Source: Gammaproteobacteria bacterium
Lineage (GTDB): Bacteria; Pseudomonadota; Gammaproteobacteria; GCA-001735895
Length of the DNA: 64,000 nucleotides
NCBI GenBank assembly: GCA_050298595.1
Contig: JBNKUM010000115.1
Span: 64,001 to 128,000, forward strand
Direction of reading: 5' to 3'
Part shown: piece by piece, positions 51,091 through 61,243 of the stretch
Layout of the letters: every line of letters begins with the position of its first letter
Numbering within the stretch: the first letter of the stretch is position 1
Notes under the pieces: model-generated
Told to the model about the DNA's origin: nothing
The model's database searches: none
What the model saw: only the letters and a program-made list of their open reading frames with translations
Made by a program: the position numbers and the translations under genes

Positions 51091-51656
51091 AACTGCGCTT
51101 TCTGCTCATGTTTATAGTTACTCTTATTGGCGCGATTATTGCCGGCTGGTTTTTTGATCGACAACATCTGTCCATAGTGCAAAATCCGTTACAAATCCCG
51201 GACAACATTGATTACTATCTATCAGGCGTTAAATTAAAAACCTTCAATCAACAGGGTACGCCAGGCTACCAGTTAAATAGCCCTTATCTGGAACACTTTG
51301 TGCGCGAAGATATCAGCATCATACAGCAACCAGACATACGCTATTTCTCCGACAGTGCCGACTGGTTGATGGCTGCAGAACAGGGCAAGCTGATTCATCG
51401 GGAGGATATTATTGAGCTACAGCAAAAGGCATCAATCAAGCGCAATCAGATTAACAGCTCCATGCATCTAACCAGTGAGCAAATGATATTCAATCCTGAC
51501 CAGGAAACCGTAGAATTACCAGTAGCCCTGAGAATGCAAAAGGATCAACTCGATTTAAAAGCACAATCTGCACTGCTGGATATGAAGCACGAGCATCATG
51601 TTTTTCAACGGGTTAATGCCATTTACCAGACAACCAAAGCTCATGAACCCAGTTAA
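51087..51656 (+). CDS. lptC: LPS export protein LptC
   Basis: N-terminal TM, DYYL...FNQQG, LEHF; lies between kdsC and lptA. Confidence 0.85.
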   Translation: MKLRFLLMFIVTLIGAIIAGWFFDRQHLSIVQNPLQIPDNIDYYLSGVKLKTFNQQGTPGYQLNSPYLEHFVREDISIIQQPDIRYFSDSADWLMAAEQGKLIHREDIIELQQKASIKRNQINSSMHLTSEQMIFNPDQETVELPVALRMQKDQLDLKAQSALLDMKHEHHVFQRVNAIYQTTKAHEPS

Positions 51657-52134
51657 ACTATTCGTCGTTTTATTCTGTCTGATACCTTTATCCGCCATTG
51701 CTTTAACCAGCGATAAAAACCAGCCTATCCAAATAGAGGCAGATCGTCTGGAAATCGACGAAACTAAACATATCAGCCATTATCAGGGAAACGTTGAAAT
51801 GACGCAGGGCAGCCTTAACTTTATTGCTGATAGCATCATATTCCACTTCGATGAAAACAACGATTTACAATGGCTACAGATTGAAGGCCAGCCTGCGCAT
51901 TTTAAGCAACTTAATGATGATCAAACCTCTATTAGCGGCTCAGCGCTACGAATGAATTACTACCAGACCAAATCCGAGCTGGAATTACTCGGTCAGGCCC
52001 AATTCCAGTCCGTACAGGACACCATAGAAAGCGAATCCATTATTATCAACACCGATACCGATACACTACAGGCGGGTGGTGAGCAAGGTAAAGGACGGGT
52101 CCGTATGCTGATTCAGCCCAAGAACAATGAATGA
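51643..52134 (+). CDS. lptA: LPS periplasmic bridge protein LptA
   Basis: [42 protein letters not shown]. Confidence 0.93.
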   Translation: MNPVKLFVVLFCLIPLSAIALTSDKNQPIQIEADRLEIDETKHISHYQGNVEMTQGSLNFIADSIIFHFDENNDLQWLQIEGQPAHFKQLNDDQTSISGSALRMNYYQTKSELELLGQAQFQSVQDTIESESIIINTDTDTLQAGGEQGKGRVRMLIQPKNNE

Positions 52135-52852
52135 ACTGGCCGCCAGCGAACTGGCAAAGAGTTATGGCGGTAAAACAGTCGTCAAATCGGTCAGCCTGAG
52201 CGTTAAAAGCGGGCAGATCGTCGGTCTGCTTGGACCAAATGGTGCGGGAAAAACCACCTGTTTTTACATGATTGTAGGCCTGATCCACAGCGATAAGGGT
52301 GAAATCACCCTCAACCAGCAGCCGATTACTGGCCTTGCCATGCACCAACGCGCACTAAACGGCATTGGCTATTTGCCGCAGGAAGCTTCGGTATTTCGCG
52401 GGTTAACCGTTGAAGACAATATTCGGGCTATTTTACAATTGCGGAAAAAACTCAGTTCAGAAGAGAGAAATCGCAAACTGGAACAGTTACTGGAAGATTT
52501 TCAGATACAGCATATTCGAGAAAGTTTGGGAATTTCACTGTCTGGAGGTGAACGCCGACGCGTAGAAATCGCACGTGCTCTGGCTAACGACCCGCAGTTT
52601 ATATTGCTGGATGAACCATTTGCCGGGGTAGACCCTATCTCTGTGGTTGATATTCAGAATATGATCCGTCAACTGGCTGATCGTGGCATAGGCATTTTGA
52701 TCACTGATCATAATGTCAGAGAAACACTGGGAATCTGTGAACACGCTTATGTAATGGGTGAAGGGACTATCCTGGCAGAAGGAGACGCCGATCAAATTCT
52801 ATCTAACAAAATCGTTAGAAAGATTTACTTGGGTCAGGATTTTAAGCTATAA
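52127..52852 (+). CDS. lptB: LPS export ABC ATPase LptB
   Basis: [61 protein letters not shown]. Confidence 0.98.
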   Translation: MNELAASELAKSYGGKTVVKSVSLSVKSGQIVGLLGPNGAGKTTCFYMIVGLIHSDKGEITLNQQPITGLAMHQRALNGIGYLPQEASVFRGLTVEDNIRAILQLRKKLSSEERNRKLEQLLEDFQIQHIRESLGISLSGGERRRVEIARALANDPQFILLDEPFAGVDPISVVDIQNMIRQLADRGIGILITDHNVRETLGICEHAYVMGEGTILAEGDADQILSNKIVRKIYLGQDFKL

Positions 52853-52909
52853 AGTGCTTATGAGAACAACAAAACGAATGACTCTCACCGCAGTGATAAA
52901 AGAGTGTCA

Positions 52910-54391
52910 ATGAAACAAAGCCTGCAACTAAAAATTGGTCAAAGCCTGACCATGACACCCCAACTGCAGCAAGCTATCAAGCTGCTACAGTTATCCTCAC
53001 TTGAACTTCAAACTGAGATCCAGCAAACCCTGGACAGTAACCCCCTGCTCGATCAGGAAGATAACCTCTCCGAGGTTCTGATTAAGGAAAAATCTAATGA
53101 TAAGGAAGATAATACTGAAATAAAAACCTCCGCCGAACAGATCGATCAGGAACGTTCAGAGCAGTCCCTGCCCGAAGATCTTGGGCTGGATACCGGATGG
53201 GAAGACATCTACGACATCCCCCCCAGTGCATCGCTTAGCCCATCAGTTTCCGGTAATAACGAAGACTTCAATGACCTGTTTGAAAATCAGTCAAAACCCG
53301 CTGATGCCCTCTACGAACACCTGATCTGGCAACTCGACGCAGCATCCCTGACCGAAACCGACAAGGATATCGGTCTGGCTATCATCGATGGCGTGGATGA
53401 TAGAGGGTATTTAACCGAATCGCTGGAAGACATCCATCAAGGACTACTTAGCGATCATCCAGAAATAGAAATGGATGAAATCGAAGCCATGCTGACTTTT
53501 ATCCAGCATTTTGATCCTGTTGGTGTTGCAGCAAGAACCCCTGCTGAATGCATGCTGATACAACTACGTCAATATGACCCCGCTACCCCACATTTAAATA
53601 AGGCTCTGGCACTGGTAGAACGTTATCTGGACTATCTGGCCAGTAATGATTACGCGATTTTAAAACGCCGTCTGCAGGCTAATGATGCAGAGCTGGCCAA
53701 TATTGTGCGCCTGATTCAAACCACCAACCCTCATCCTGGACACCTGATAAGCACAACGCACGCCGAATATATCACCCCGGATGTATATGTCGCCAAACTC
53801 AATGGCCGATGGGCGGTAAAAATCAATCCTGATAACGCACCTCGCCTGAAGATCAATACTACTTACGCCAACCTGGTTAAACGTGGTGACAACAGTGAAC
53901 AGAATAATTACCTGCGCGATCATCTGCAGGAGGCTCGCTGGTTCATAAAAAGTCTGCAAAGCCGAAATGACACACTGCTTAAGGTGGCGAATTCTATCGT
54001 AGAACGCCAGCAGGGCTTTCTTGAATATGGCGATGAGGCGATGAAACCCATGGTATTACGTGATATTGCCGAAGAACTGGAAATGCATGAGTCCACCATT
54101 TCAAGGGTAACCACACAGAAATATATGCATACACCACGCGGGATCTTTGAATTTAAATACTTCTTCTCCAGCCATGTCGGCACTGCCGATGGCGGAGAGT
54201 GCTCGGCGACAGCGATTCGAGCCATCATCAAAAAACTGATAGCGGCTGAAAACGCGAATAAACCATTAAGCGATAACAAGATTGCAGCCATTCTGGATGA
54301 ACAGGGAATCAACGTAGCACGGCGTACCATTGCCAAATACCGTGAAGCGATGAATATTCCGCCATCCAATGAAAGAAAACGTCTCTTTTAG
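52910..54391 (+). CDS. rpoN: RNA polymerase sigma-54 factor
   Basis: MTPQLQQAIKLLQLS, MHESTISRVT, RpoN box ARRTIAKYRE. Confidence 0.98.
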   Translation: MKQSLQLKIGQSLTMTPQLQQAIKLLQLSSLELQTEIQQTLDSNPLLDQEDNLSEVLIKEKSNDKEDNTEIKTSAEQIDQERSEQSLPEDLGLDTGWEDIYDIPPSASLSPSVSGNNEDFNDLFENQSKPADALYEHLIWQLDAASLTETDKDIGLAIIDGVDDRGYLTESLEDIHQGLLSDHPEIEMDEIEAMLTFIQHFDPVGVAARTPAECMLIQLRQYDPATPHLNKALALVERYLDYLASNDYAILKRRLQANDAELANIVRLIQTTNPHPGHLISTTHAEYITPDVYVAKLNGRWAVKINPDNAPRLKINTTYANLVKRGDNSEQNNYLRDHLQEARWFIKSLQSRNDTLLKVANSIVERQQGFLEYGDEAMKPMVLRDIAEELEMHESTISRVTTQKYMHTPRGIFEFKYFFSSHVGTADGGECSATAIRAIIKKLIAAENANKPLSDNKIAAILDEQGINVARRTIAKYREAMNIPPSNERKRLF

Positions 54392-54477
54392 AGACACCCG
54401 GTAGTGACATGTAGTTACTACCTTAACCACTCATAGAGAACAACTATGAGAACTGTGAAACCTTCAGGAGGTATCTA

Positions 54478-54795
54478 ATGCAAGTTAGTCTAAGCGGTCA
54501 CCATATAGAGATCACAGATTCACTGCGCAATTATGTTAATGAGAAAATCGAACGTCTTGATCGTCATTTTGATCAGGCACTCGATATCCATGTCATTTTA
54601 ACGGTAGAAAAACTCAGACATAAAGCTGAAGCAACCATGCACATAAGCGGTGGAAATTTATATGCCGATGACATACAGGAGGACATGTATGCAGCTATAG
54701 ATGGCCTGGTCGATAAACTTGATCGCCAGGGTAAGAAACACAAGGAAAAATCTAAGGATCACAGAATCAAAAACGACATGATAGACGTCGCTTAA
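54478..54795 (+). CDS. hpf: Ribosome hibernation promoting factor
   Basis: SGHHIEITDSLRNYV, DMYAAIDGLVDKLDRQ..KHKEK; strong SD AGGAGGT. Confidence 0.95.
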   Translation: MQVSLSGHHIEITDSLRNYVNEKIERLDRHFDQALDIHVILTVEKLRHKAEATMHISGGNLYADDIQEDMYAAIDGLVDKLDRQGKKHKEKSKDHRIKNDMIDVA

Positions 54796-54802
54796 CCCCC
54801 TC

Positions 54803-54830
54803 GGCGGGGAGGAGAGATTCTCCCCGCCTT
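54803..54830 (+). terminator. Hairpin after hpf (possible leaky terminator)
   Basis: GGCGGGGAG-loop-CTCCCCGCC-TT. Confidence 0.45.
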
Positions 54831-54898
54831 GATTATCTCTTGCAAGCTTCATTTTTTTCGCTAACATGCGCGCTTAAACCATACCGGATTACAGGGTA

Positions 54899-55381
54899 AT
54901 GTCCATTTCATCGTTACTGGCAACAGATCGTATTTTTACTGATGCTGAAATATCGAGTAAAAAACGATTACTGGAATACATCGCTGAAAAAGCGGCTGAA
55001 GAACTCGAGCTTTCTCAAAATATCATTTTCAATGAGTTACTTGAACGTGAAAGGCTGGGTAGTACCGGTTTGGGCAAGGGTTTTGCAGTACCACATGCCC
55101 GACTTGAAAATCTGACTCAAACGCTGACTTATTTTTTAAAATTAGACGAAGCAGTTAAATATGATGCTGCTGATCAGTTGCCCGTTGATTTGATCTTCGT
55201 TATCTTTATCCCCCAGGCCTCCACCGAAGAGCATCTTAAAATTCTTGCCTCTCTGGCTAAATTATTCAGCCACGAAAAAGTATGTAGAAAAGTGCGTAAA
55301 GCCAAATCAGCCGAGCAGATTCTACGTATCATTGAAGAGGCAGAATCCAGTATGATTCCGGATTCTGACGGTACGGACTAA
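54899..55381 (+). CDS. ptsN: PTS EIIA-Ntr
   Basis: SSKKRLLE, ERERLGSTGLGKGFAVPHAR, EEHLKILA. Confidence 0.92.
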   Translation: MSISSLLATDRIFTDAEISSKKRLLEYIAEKAAEELELSQNIIFNELLERERLGSTGLGKGFAVPHARLENLTQTLTYFLKLDEAVKYDAADQLPVDLIFVIFIPQASTEEHLKILASLAKLFSHEKVCRKVRKAKSAEQILRIIEEAESSMIPDSDGTD

Positions 55382-55385
55382 GATC

Positions 55386-56333
55386 ATGCAATCCAGCGTG
55401 ACGATAGGTGATTTTCATCAACGCTTTCAAAAACGCTTAAAGCTGTCCTTCTCCTCCGGTCAGGTTGGTCTGGACAGAGAAATCAAACTCTCCGCCGGTG
55501 AGCAAAAATACCAGGCTGTTGATTATCTTAATATTATTCGCCCCTCCAGCGTCATTGTTATAGGCTTACAGGAGTCGGCTTACCTCGCCTCTCTTAGCCT
55601 GCAGCATCAGCAAAGAATTTTCGAAAAATTATTCACAGGCCCTGCCTGTACCATTATTCTCAGCCAGGGCTCTCATCTTAATGAGGCACTCATCAGGCAC
55701 ATTGCAGAATTCTCCATCGCTGTTTTCAAATCAGAATTAGCAGATACAAATCTACTATCCGACCTGCGCTATTTCCTCAACCTGGCACTCGCAGAAACCA
55801 CAACCGAGCACGGTGTTTTTCTTGAAGTCTTCAGTATCGGTACATTTATCACCGGTGACAGTGGTGTAGGTAAAAGTGAGCTTGCCCTTTCCCTGATTTC
55901 GCGTGGGCATCGGCTTATAGCGGATGATATTACCGAATTCTCACGCATATCTACCGGAGTCATAGATGGTATACACCCTGGATTATCCAACGACTTTATG
56001 GAAGTACGGGGTCTTGGTATTCTCAATATTCGCGCCATGTTTGGTAGTAATGCTTTAAGACGAAATAAAACCCTGCGTATGATCGTCAACATGGTTCAGT
56101 TTACTGCTGAGAATCAGCACCAGTTCGATAGACTAGGCACCACCCAGCATACACGTAATATGTTGGGTCTCGAGATACCAGAGCTTACCTTACCAGTCGC
56201 TCCGGGTCGCAATCTGGCCGTACTGGTGGAGGCTGCAGCTCGTAACCATTTGCTAAAAATAGGTGGATACAACTCTGCAGATGACTTTATCGAACGCCAA
56301 AGACTGGCAATACAGGCTAATGCAAAAGGATAA
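55386..56333 (+). CDS. hprK: HPr kinase/phosphorylase
   Basis: HGVF, GDSGVGKSELAL, GHRLIADD, EVRGLGILNI, LPVAPGRNLAVLVEAA. Confidence 0.95.
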   Translation: MQSSVTIGDFHQRFQKRLKLSFSSGQVGLDREIKLSAGEQKYQAVDYLNIIRPSSVIVIGLQESAYLASLSLQHQQRIFEKLFTGPACTIILSQGSHLNEALIRHIAEFSIAVFKSELADTNLLSDLRYFLNLALAETTTEHGVFLEVFSIGTFITGDSGVGKSELALSLISRGHRLIADDITEFSRISTGVIDGIHPGLSNDFMEVRGLGILNIRAMFGSNALRRNKTLRMIVNMVQFTAENQHQFDRLGTTQHTRNMLGLEIPELTLPVAPGRNLAVLVEAAARNHLLKIGGYNSADDFIERQRLAIQANAKG

Positions 56334-56381
56334 TCTCTCTTTCCTGCTCCTCTCTTTAGCGCAATATCAGGGATAATTTTG

Positions 56382-57239
56382 ATGAAACTGAAGATCGTAA
56401 GTGGCCTTTCCGGCTCAGGTAAAACCGTTGCTCTGCATACGCTTGAAGATGCGGGATATTTCTGTGTCGATAACCTGCCTGTCGGTCTGTTGAGTGACTT
56501 TGTCACCACCATGAAAAATAATAAACCGGCATTTTATGACCTGATTGCAGTCGCGGTAGATGCACGTTGCGATATCGATGATATGGCCCATTTCGACCAT
56601 ATTATTACCGAAATAAAGGCCACAGATGTCGAAGTTGAAGTTCTATTTTTAACCTCAAAGGTCGAAAAACTACTCACCCGTTTTAGTGAAACCCGACGTA
56701 AACACCCCCTTTCACGCAAAGGCCTGCCGTTGATAGAGGCAATTCATCTGGAGCGCAGCATTTTGAGAAGCATTTCAACAAATGCTGATCTGACCATAGA
56801 TACCTCGGAACTGAATGTACACGAACTACGTCATACAATTAATCATCGACTCATACATGATGACCGAGGAACTATGGCAATTTTAATCCAGTCATTCGGT
56901 TTTAAACATGGTTTACCCGCCGATACTGACTTTATGTTTGATGTGCGTTGCCTGCCTAACCCTCACTGGGAAGGTCATTTAAGGCCCTATACCGGCAAAG
57001 ACCAACCCGTGATAGATTACCTTGAAGGGTTTCCTGAGGTACAGAAAATGTATACATCGATACTCGATTTCATGCAAAACTGGATACCCTGTTTTGAAAA
57101 AGAGGGCCGAAGCTATATGACAGTATCCATCGGCTGCACTGGAGGTCAACATCGTTCTGTTTACCTGGCACAGAAAATCACCTCAGAATTGCAGCAGCTA
57201 CGTGATAACGTCTCCATACGACACCGAGAATTTAGCTGA
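56382..57239 (+). CDS. rapZ: RapZ/YhbJ-family nucleotide-binding protein
   Basis: VSGLSGSGKT, CVDNLP, RFSETRRKHPL, SFGFKHG, FDVRCLPNPHW, IGCTGGQHRSV. Confidence 0.95.
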   Translation: MKLKIVSGLSGSGKTVALHTLEDAGYFCVDNLPVGLLSDFVTTMKNNKPAFYDLIAVAVDARCDIDDMAHFDHIITEIKATDVEVEVLFLTSKVEKLLTRFSETRRKHPLSRKGLPLIEAIHLERSILRSISTNADLTIDTSELNVHELRHTINHRLIHDDRGTMAILIQSFGFKHGLPADTDFMFDVRCLPNPHWEGHLRPYTGKDQPVIDYLEGFPEVQKMYTSILDFMQNWIPCFEKEGRSYMTVSIGCTGGQHRSVYLAQKITSELQQLRDNVSIRHREFS

Positions 57240-57637
57240 TGGTTGGCATACTCATCATCACTCATAATCGCATTGGCGAGGATATGCTGGAGACAGCAGA
57301 AAGTATGATGGGCAAAACCTTTCCCAAAATAAAAAGTATCGGTATACCTGGTAACCTTTCCCCTGAAAAGCTCGGCATCTACGCAGATCAAATAAAAGCC
57401 ACCATCGATGAACTCGATAAAGGCAAAGGTGTGCTGATTATGACCGACATCATCGGAGCCACACCGAACAACCTGGCTCAGTACTTTTCAGAACAAAAGC
57501 AGGTAAAAATCATATCTGGCTTAAATCTCCCCATGCTGATTCGAGTGATTAACTATTCCGACCAACCGCTGGAGTTATTGGCTAAAATTGGTATAGTCGG
57601 TGCCAATAAAGGTATTACCAAAGAAATCGACATATGA
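57239..57637 (+). CDS. PTS EIIA, mannose/fructose type
   Basis: GILIITH, GVLIMTDIIGATPNN, ISGLNLPMLIR. Confidence 0.9.
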   Translation: MVGILIITHNRIGEDMLETAESMMGKTFPKIKSIGIPGNLSPEKLGIYADQIKATIDELDKGKGVLIMTDIIGATPNNLAQYFSEQKQVKIISGLNLPMLIRVINYSDQPLELLAKIGIVGANKGITKEIDI

Positions 57638-57903
57638 TCCAAAGTGATATAGAAATTATCAACAAGCTGGGGCTGCATGCCAGAGCCGCATCTAAACTGG
57701 TAAACATGGCCTCGCAATTTTCCAGCTCTGTGTTTATTGGAAACAAAGGTAACAAAGTGAATGCCAAAAGCATCATGGGTGTTATGATGCTGGCAGCCAG
57801 CCAGGGAACCGCACTGACCCTGGAAGTCGATGGAGACGACGAAAAAAAGTGTAGCGATTCAATTATCGAACTGATCAATAACCGTTTTGACGAAGCTGAA
57901 TAA
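57634..57903 (+). CDS. ptsH: Phosphocarrier protein HPr/NPr
   Basis: INKLGLHARAA (His15) and NAKSIMGVMMLAA (Ser46). Confidence 0.93.
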   Translation: MIQSDIEIINKLGLHARAASKLVNMASQFSSSVFIGNKGNKVNAKSIMGVMMLAASQGTALTLEVDGDDEKKCSDSIIELINNRFDEAE

Positions 57904-58012
57904 AACTCCTAACCCGACCTGCTCGACAGCACAATAATTCATACAAACTGGCAGGTAATTTGTTACACTGCTGTAGATTTTTTTGTCGCGCTCAGTTAGA
58001 GGGGTATCAGTC

Positions 58013-58147
58013 ATGATTTCACATCAAACTCTAAACCTAACCAGTAAACTGGCGCTCTTAGAACTCTCCTTTTCTGCTCCTCTCAGAACCCTGTCTCAGT
58101 CAGGCAATTTGGCCTTTCTCTACGTTTTAAAAGGTTGCCATCCATGA
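58013..58147 (+). CDS. Candidate 44-aa upstream ORF (leader) of mgtE
   Basis: SD-like AGAGGGG, ATG 58013, MISHQTLNLTSKLALLELSFSAPLRTLSQSGNLAFLYVLKGCHP*; its TGA overlaps the mgtE ATG (ATGA). Confidence 0.35.
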   Translation: MISHQTLNLTSKLALLELSFSAPLRTLSQSGNLAFLYVLKGCHP

Positions 58148-59493
58148 GCGAAGAAATTTCCGAACAACTTCGACTGGATATTGCCCAGGCTCTGGAAGAT
58201 ACAGATAGCCTTGCAATAGCGGAGATTCTCGACGAAATCAGTGTCGCCCAGATAGCTGATCTACTCGATTCTATTCCCAGCTCACAACGAGATCTGGTAT
58301 GGCCGCAAATCTTCCCAAATAATCTGGGGCAGGTACTGCTGGAAACCGGTGATGAAGTTCGCCAGCAAAAACTCAACCAGCTCGATTCACAGGAAATTGC
58401 AGACATTCTGGAAACTGTGCCCGACGTGGACGATCAGGCCGATCTGATACTGACTCTGCCCCCCCAAAAGCTGGTCAGTGTTTTATATATCATCGACAAG
58501 CATAAGCGTGAGCGACTGGAATCGGTTTTATCCTACCCAGAGGATACCGCTGGCGGCCTTATGGATCTGGACCAGATCACCATTCGCGCAGACGTTACTC
58601 TGGATGTGGTGCTGCGCTATTTACGTATTCGTGGTGAAATGCCTGCACATACTGATCAGTTGTTTGTTACTGATCGTTATGACCATTTCAAGGGTGTGCT
58701 CTCACTCAACAGCCTGTTAACCTGTGAGACAGAAACCCAGGTCGAAGACATTATGGACTCCGACATACTGCCGCTCACAGCCATCATGCCTGACACCGAG
58801 GTAGCGCGGCTATTTGAAGATAACGATTTGATCAGCGCGGCTGTTATCGATGACGATGGTAAGTTAATTGGCCGCATCACTATTGATGACGTGGTAGACG
58901 TAATTCGTGAGGAAGGTGATAGCTCGGTACTCAGCATGGCGGGTCTGCACGAAGATGAAGACCTGTTTTCGCCCATCTGGTCCAGTACCCGTCGCCGTGC
59001 CATCTGGCTAGGATTTAATCTGCTCACAGCATTCCTGGCTGCAGCGGTCATTGGTTTATTTGAAGCCACTCTGGATAAGATCGTGGCACTGGCGATATTA
59101 CTCACTATCGTACCCAGCATGGGAGGTATTGCCGGGTCACAGACCTTGACTCTGGTTATCCGTGGACTTGCTCTGGGCCAGCTGGGTAGCTCCAACTTTA
59201 ACAGCCTGGTGAAAAAAGAAATTACTGTCGGTTTACTAAACGGTATTTTGTGGGCGATGGTAGTTGCAGCGCTCACCGTGCTGTGGTTTCAGGATTTACA
59301 TATCGCTGCAATTATCGCTGTAGCGCTCACCGTCAACCTTGTAGCTGGTGCATTTGCCGGTGCAATTATACCCGTAGTATTAAAGCGTATGGGGATAGAT
59401 CCGGCTCTGGCTGGAAGTGTTGTTCTCACTACCTTCACCGATGTTATCGGGGTATTGGCTTTTCTTGGTCTGGCAACGATCTTTCTGGTTTAA
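58144..59493 (+). CDS. mgtE: Magnesium transporter MgtE
   Basis: LSYPEDTAGGLM, CBS pair (GRITIDDVVDVIREE), PSMGGIAGSQTLT, IDPALAGSVVLTTFTDV. Confidence 0.96.
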   Translation: MSEEISEQLRLDIAQALEDTDSLAIAEILDEISVAQIADLLDSIPSSQRDLVWPQIFPNNLGQVLLETGDEVRQQKLNQLDSQEIADILETVPDVDDQADLILTLPPQKLVSVLYIIDKHKRERLESVLSYPEDTAGGLMDLDQITIRADVTLDVVLRYLRIRGEMPAHTDQLFVTDRYDHFKGVLSLNSLLTCETETQVEDIMDSDILPLTAIMPDTEVARLFEDNDLISAAVIDDDGKLIGRITIDDVVDVIREEGDSSVLSMAGLHEDEDLFSPIWSSTRRRAIWLGFNLLTAFLAAAVIGLFEATLDKIVALAILLTIVPSMGGIAGSQTLTLVIRGLALGQLGSSNFNSLVKKEITVGLLNGILWAMVVAALTVLWFQDLHIAAIIAVALTVNLVAGAFAGAIIPVVLKRMGIDPALAGSVVLTTFTDVIGVLAFLGLATIFLV

Positions 59494-59507
59494 GGCACCT
59501 GGTCCGA

Positions 59508-60419
59508 TTACTGTAAAATAAACTGCCTCACCACAGCGTTAATATCATCCCTGGCAAGCTCCCAGATTTCATCCAGCTCATAAAGCTCTATTGAAAGAGC
59601 GTCAGTGGCGAGTGGATTGATGTTAAGTTCATAACGTTCACCGCTACTGCCCATATGATGATTATTGACCCACACATCTGCGATATGAACCGCAGCAGCA
59701 ACCTGCAAATAATCGCTAGTTTCATCCAGATAATGATGATACATCACAGGCTCATAGATAGAATCTGGTACACGCCAGTTTTGTAACAAACACCCACCAG
59801 CTTCCGCATGCGTATAGCCTAGCGCTTCTTTTTCAAGTACAAATAAAAATTCTTCCTTAGCTTCTCGTTGAATCAATAAATCATGCATCACACCCGGTAA
59901 CTTTAGATAGAACACCAGTCGACCGATATCGTGTAACAAACCGCTAACATAAAATCTTTCAACCTGGCTGAGCTTGCAATAATGGGCTATAGATTTGGCT
60001 AATACACCGACAGCCACCGAATGCTCCCAGAACAGTTTCATATTCACCATGCCAAGAGGCACCTGGTTAAATGATTTGACTACCGAGGTTGCCAGTACCA
60101 GTTCACGAATCTGTCTGATACCGATAATCTGTACTGCTCTATCAATACTTTCAATACTCGCGGGAAAACTGTAAAAAGCACTATTCGCAATACTTAATAG
60201 ACGAGCACAGATATCTGGCTCGCTAGATAGCAGTTTTGCGAAATCAGCCATACTCGAGTCGGGTTGTTCGATGAGTGATTCCAGACGATAGTAAACGTCC
60301 GGTAAACTCACCAGTTTTGAGACATCCTGTACTAATAGATCAAGACTATGCCGTCCTCTATAACCCACTAATTCGCCTCTTTGTGTTGTTGCCATTGACA
60401 ATACCTGTTGCCTGTACAT
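59508..60419 (-). CDS. HDOD domain signal-transduction protein
   Basis: SLPDVY, ARLLSIANSAFY, IDRAVQIIG, FWEHS, GLLHDIGRL, GYTHAEAG..L..W. Confidence 0.9.
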   Translation of the reverse strand: MYRQQVLSMATTQRGELVGYRGRHSLDLLVQDVSKLVSLPDVYYRLESLIEQPDSSMADFAKLLSSEPDICARLLSIANSAFYSFPASIESIDRAVQIIGIRQIRELVLATSVVKSFNQVPLGMVNMKLFWEHSVAVGVLAKSIAHYCKLSQVERFYVSGLLHDIGRLVFYLKLPGVMHDLLIQREAKEEFLFVLEKEALGYTHAEAGGCLLQNWRVPDSIYEPVMYHHYLDETSDYLQVAAAVHIADVWVNNHHMGSSGERYELNINPLATDALSIELYELDEIWELARDDINAVVRQFILQ

Positions 60420-60526
60420 TTAATATAGCCCAGAAAAACTAAATATGATATCCAGGCGTTTCAGAACATTAAAATATACAAATATTTAGGACGCAAAGCA
60501 GAGATTTATCGTAACACTAGAGATTT

Positions 60527-60568
60527 TTGCGTTAAATCAATTTCAAAGCCGCTGCAATCACTTAAATT
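60527..60568 (+). promoter_or_regulatory. Putative class II FNR/Dnr-type promoter of the ferritin-like gene
   Basis: TTGCGTTAAATCAA (60527-60540) plus TAAATT at 60563-60568, the position expected if the box is centred at -41.5. Confidence 0.4.
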
Positions 60569-60653
60569 GCGCGTATTCTATAAAGTTTACACACCAAAGT
60601 TATGCTTTTTTTGTTACTTTGACACTAATAATTTTTATTTAAAGGGTAAGACT

Positions 60654-61133
60654 ATGCTAGATTCAAAAAAAATTGATACCGTTGAAATCTTTTTATCACT
60701 ATCCATATTGTTAGAGTATGAATCAGCTGATCGTTTACGCGAACTGGCAAAGTTTATGCTTAATCATCAGGCCACAGAACTCTCTGAATTACTGGAAACA
60801 CTAGCGAAGTATAGCGATCAACACGCATCAGAAATCCACGAATTAAGTGAGGGTAAAGTACTACCAGAACTGGCCACTCTTGATTTAAGCTGGGAAGGCC
60901 TGGAAGGCCCAGAAACTACGGCTTACGAATCGGTTAACCCGCAAATGACAGTGGAAGATATGCTACAGCTAGCACTGCGTAACGAAATAAAAGGACAGGA
61001 CTTTTATATCGACATTTCACTAAATTCACCTGATGATGCAGTGAGAAAATTAGCCGCTGAATTTGCTAACGAAGAAAAGGAACATGTTGTAATGTTGGAA
61101 AAATGGATCGCTTCACTGAATGAGGCTCACTAA
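60654..61133 (+). CDS. Ferritin-like/rubrerythrin di-iron domain protein
   Basis: Two helix pairs, LEYESADRLRELA...LAKYSDQH and ALRNEIKGQDFY...FANEEKEH. ATG 60654 follows SD AAGGG; the ORF-track start 60567 is unlikely. Confidence 0.8.
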   Translation: MLDSKKIDTVEIFLSLSILLEYESADRLRELAKFMLNHQATELSELLETLAKYSDQHASEIHELSEGKVLPELATLDLSWEGLEGPETTAYESVNPQMTVEDMLQLALRNEIKGQDFYIDISLNSPDDAVRKLAAEFANEEKEHVVMLEKWIASLNEAH

Positions 61134-61243
61134 TAAACTGGGATTTTGCCTGAGACATAGAGCATGATACTGACTCATCCATCGCACAAAAAGATAGTTT
61201 TTCAGGGCCACAAAAGAATAAAACTAACGAACGAGGCACGGAC

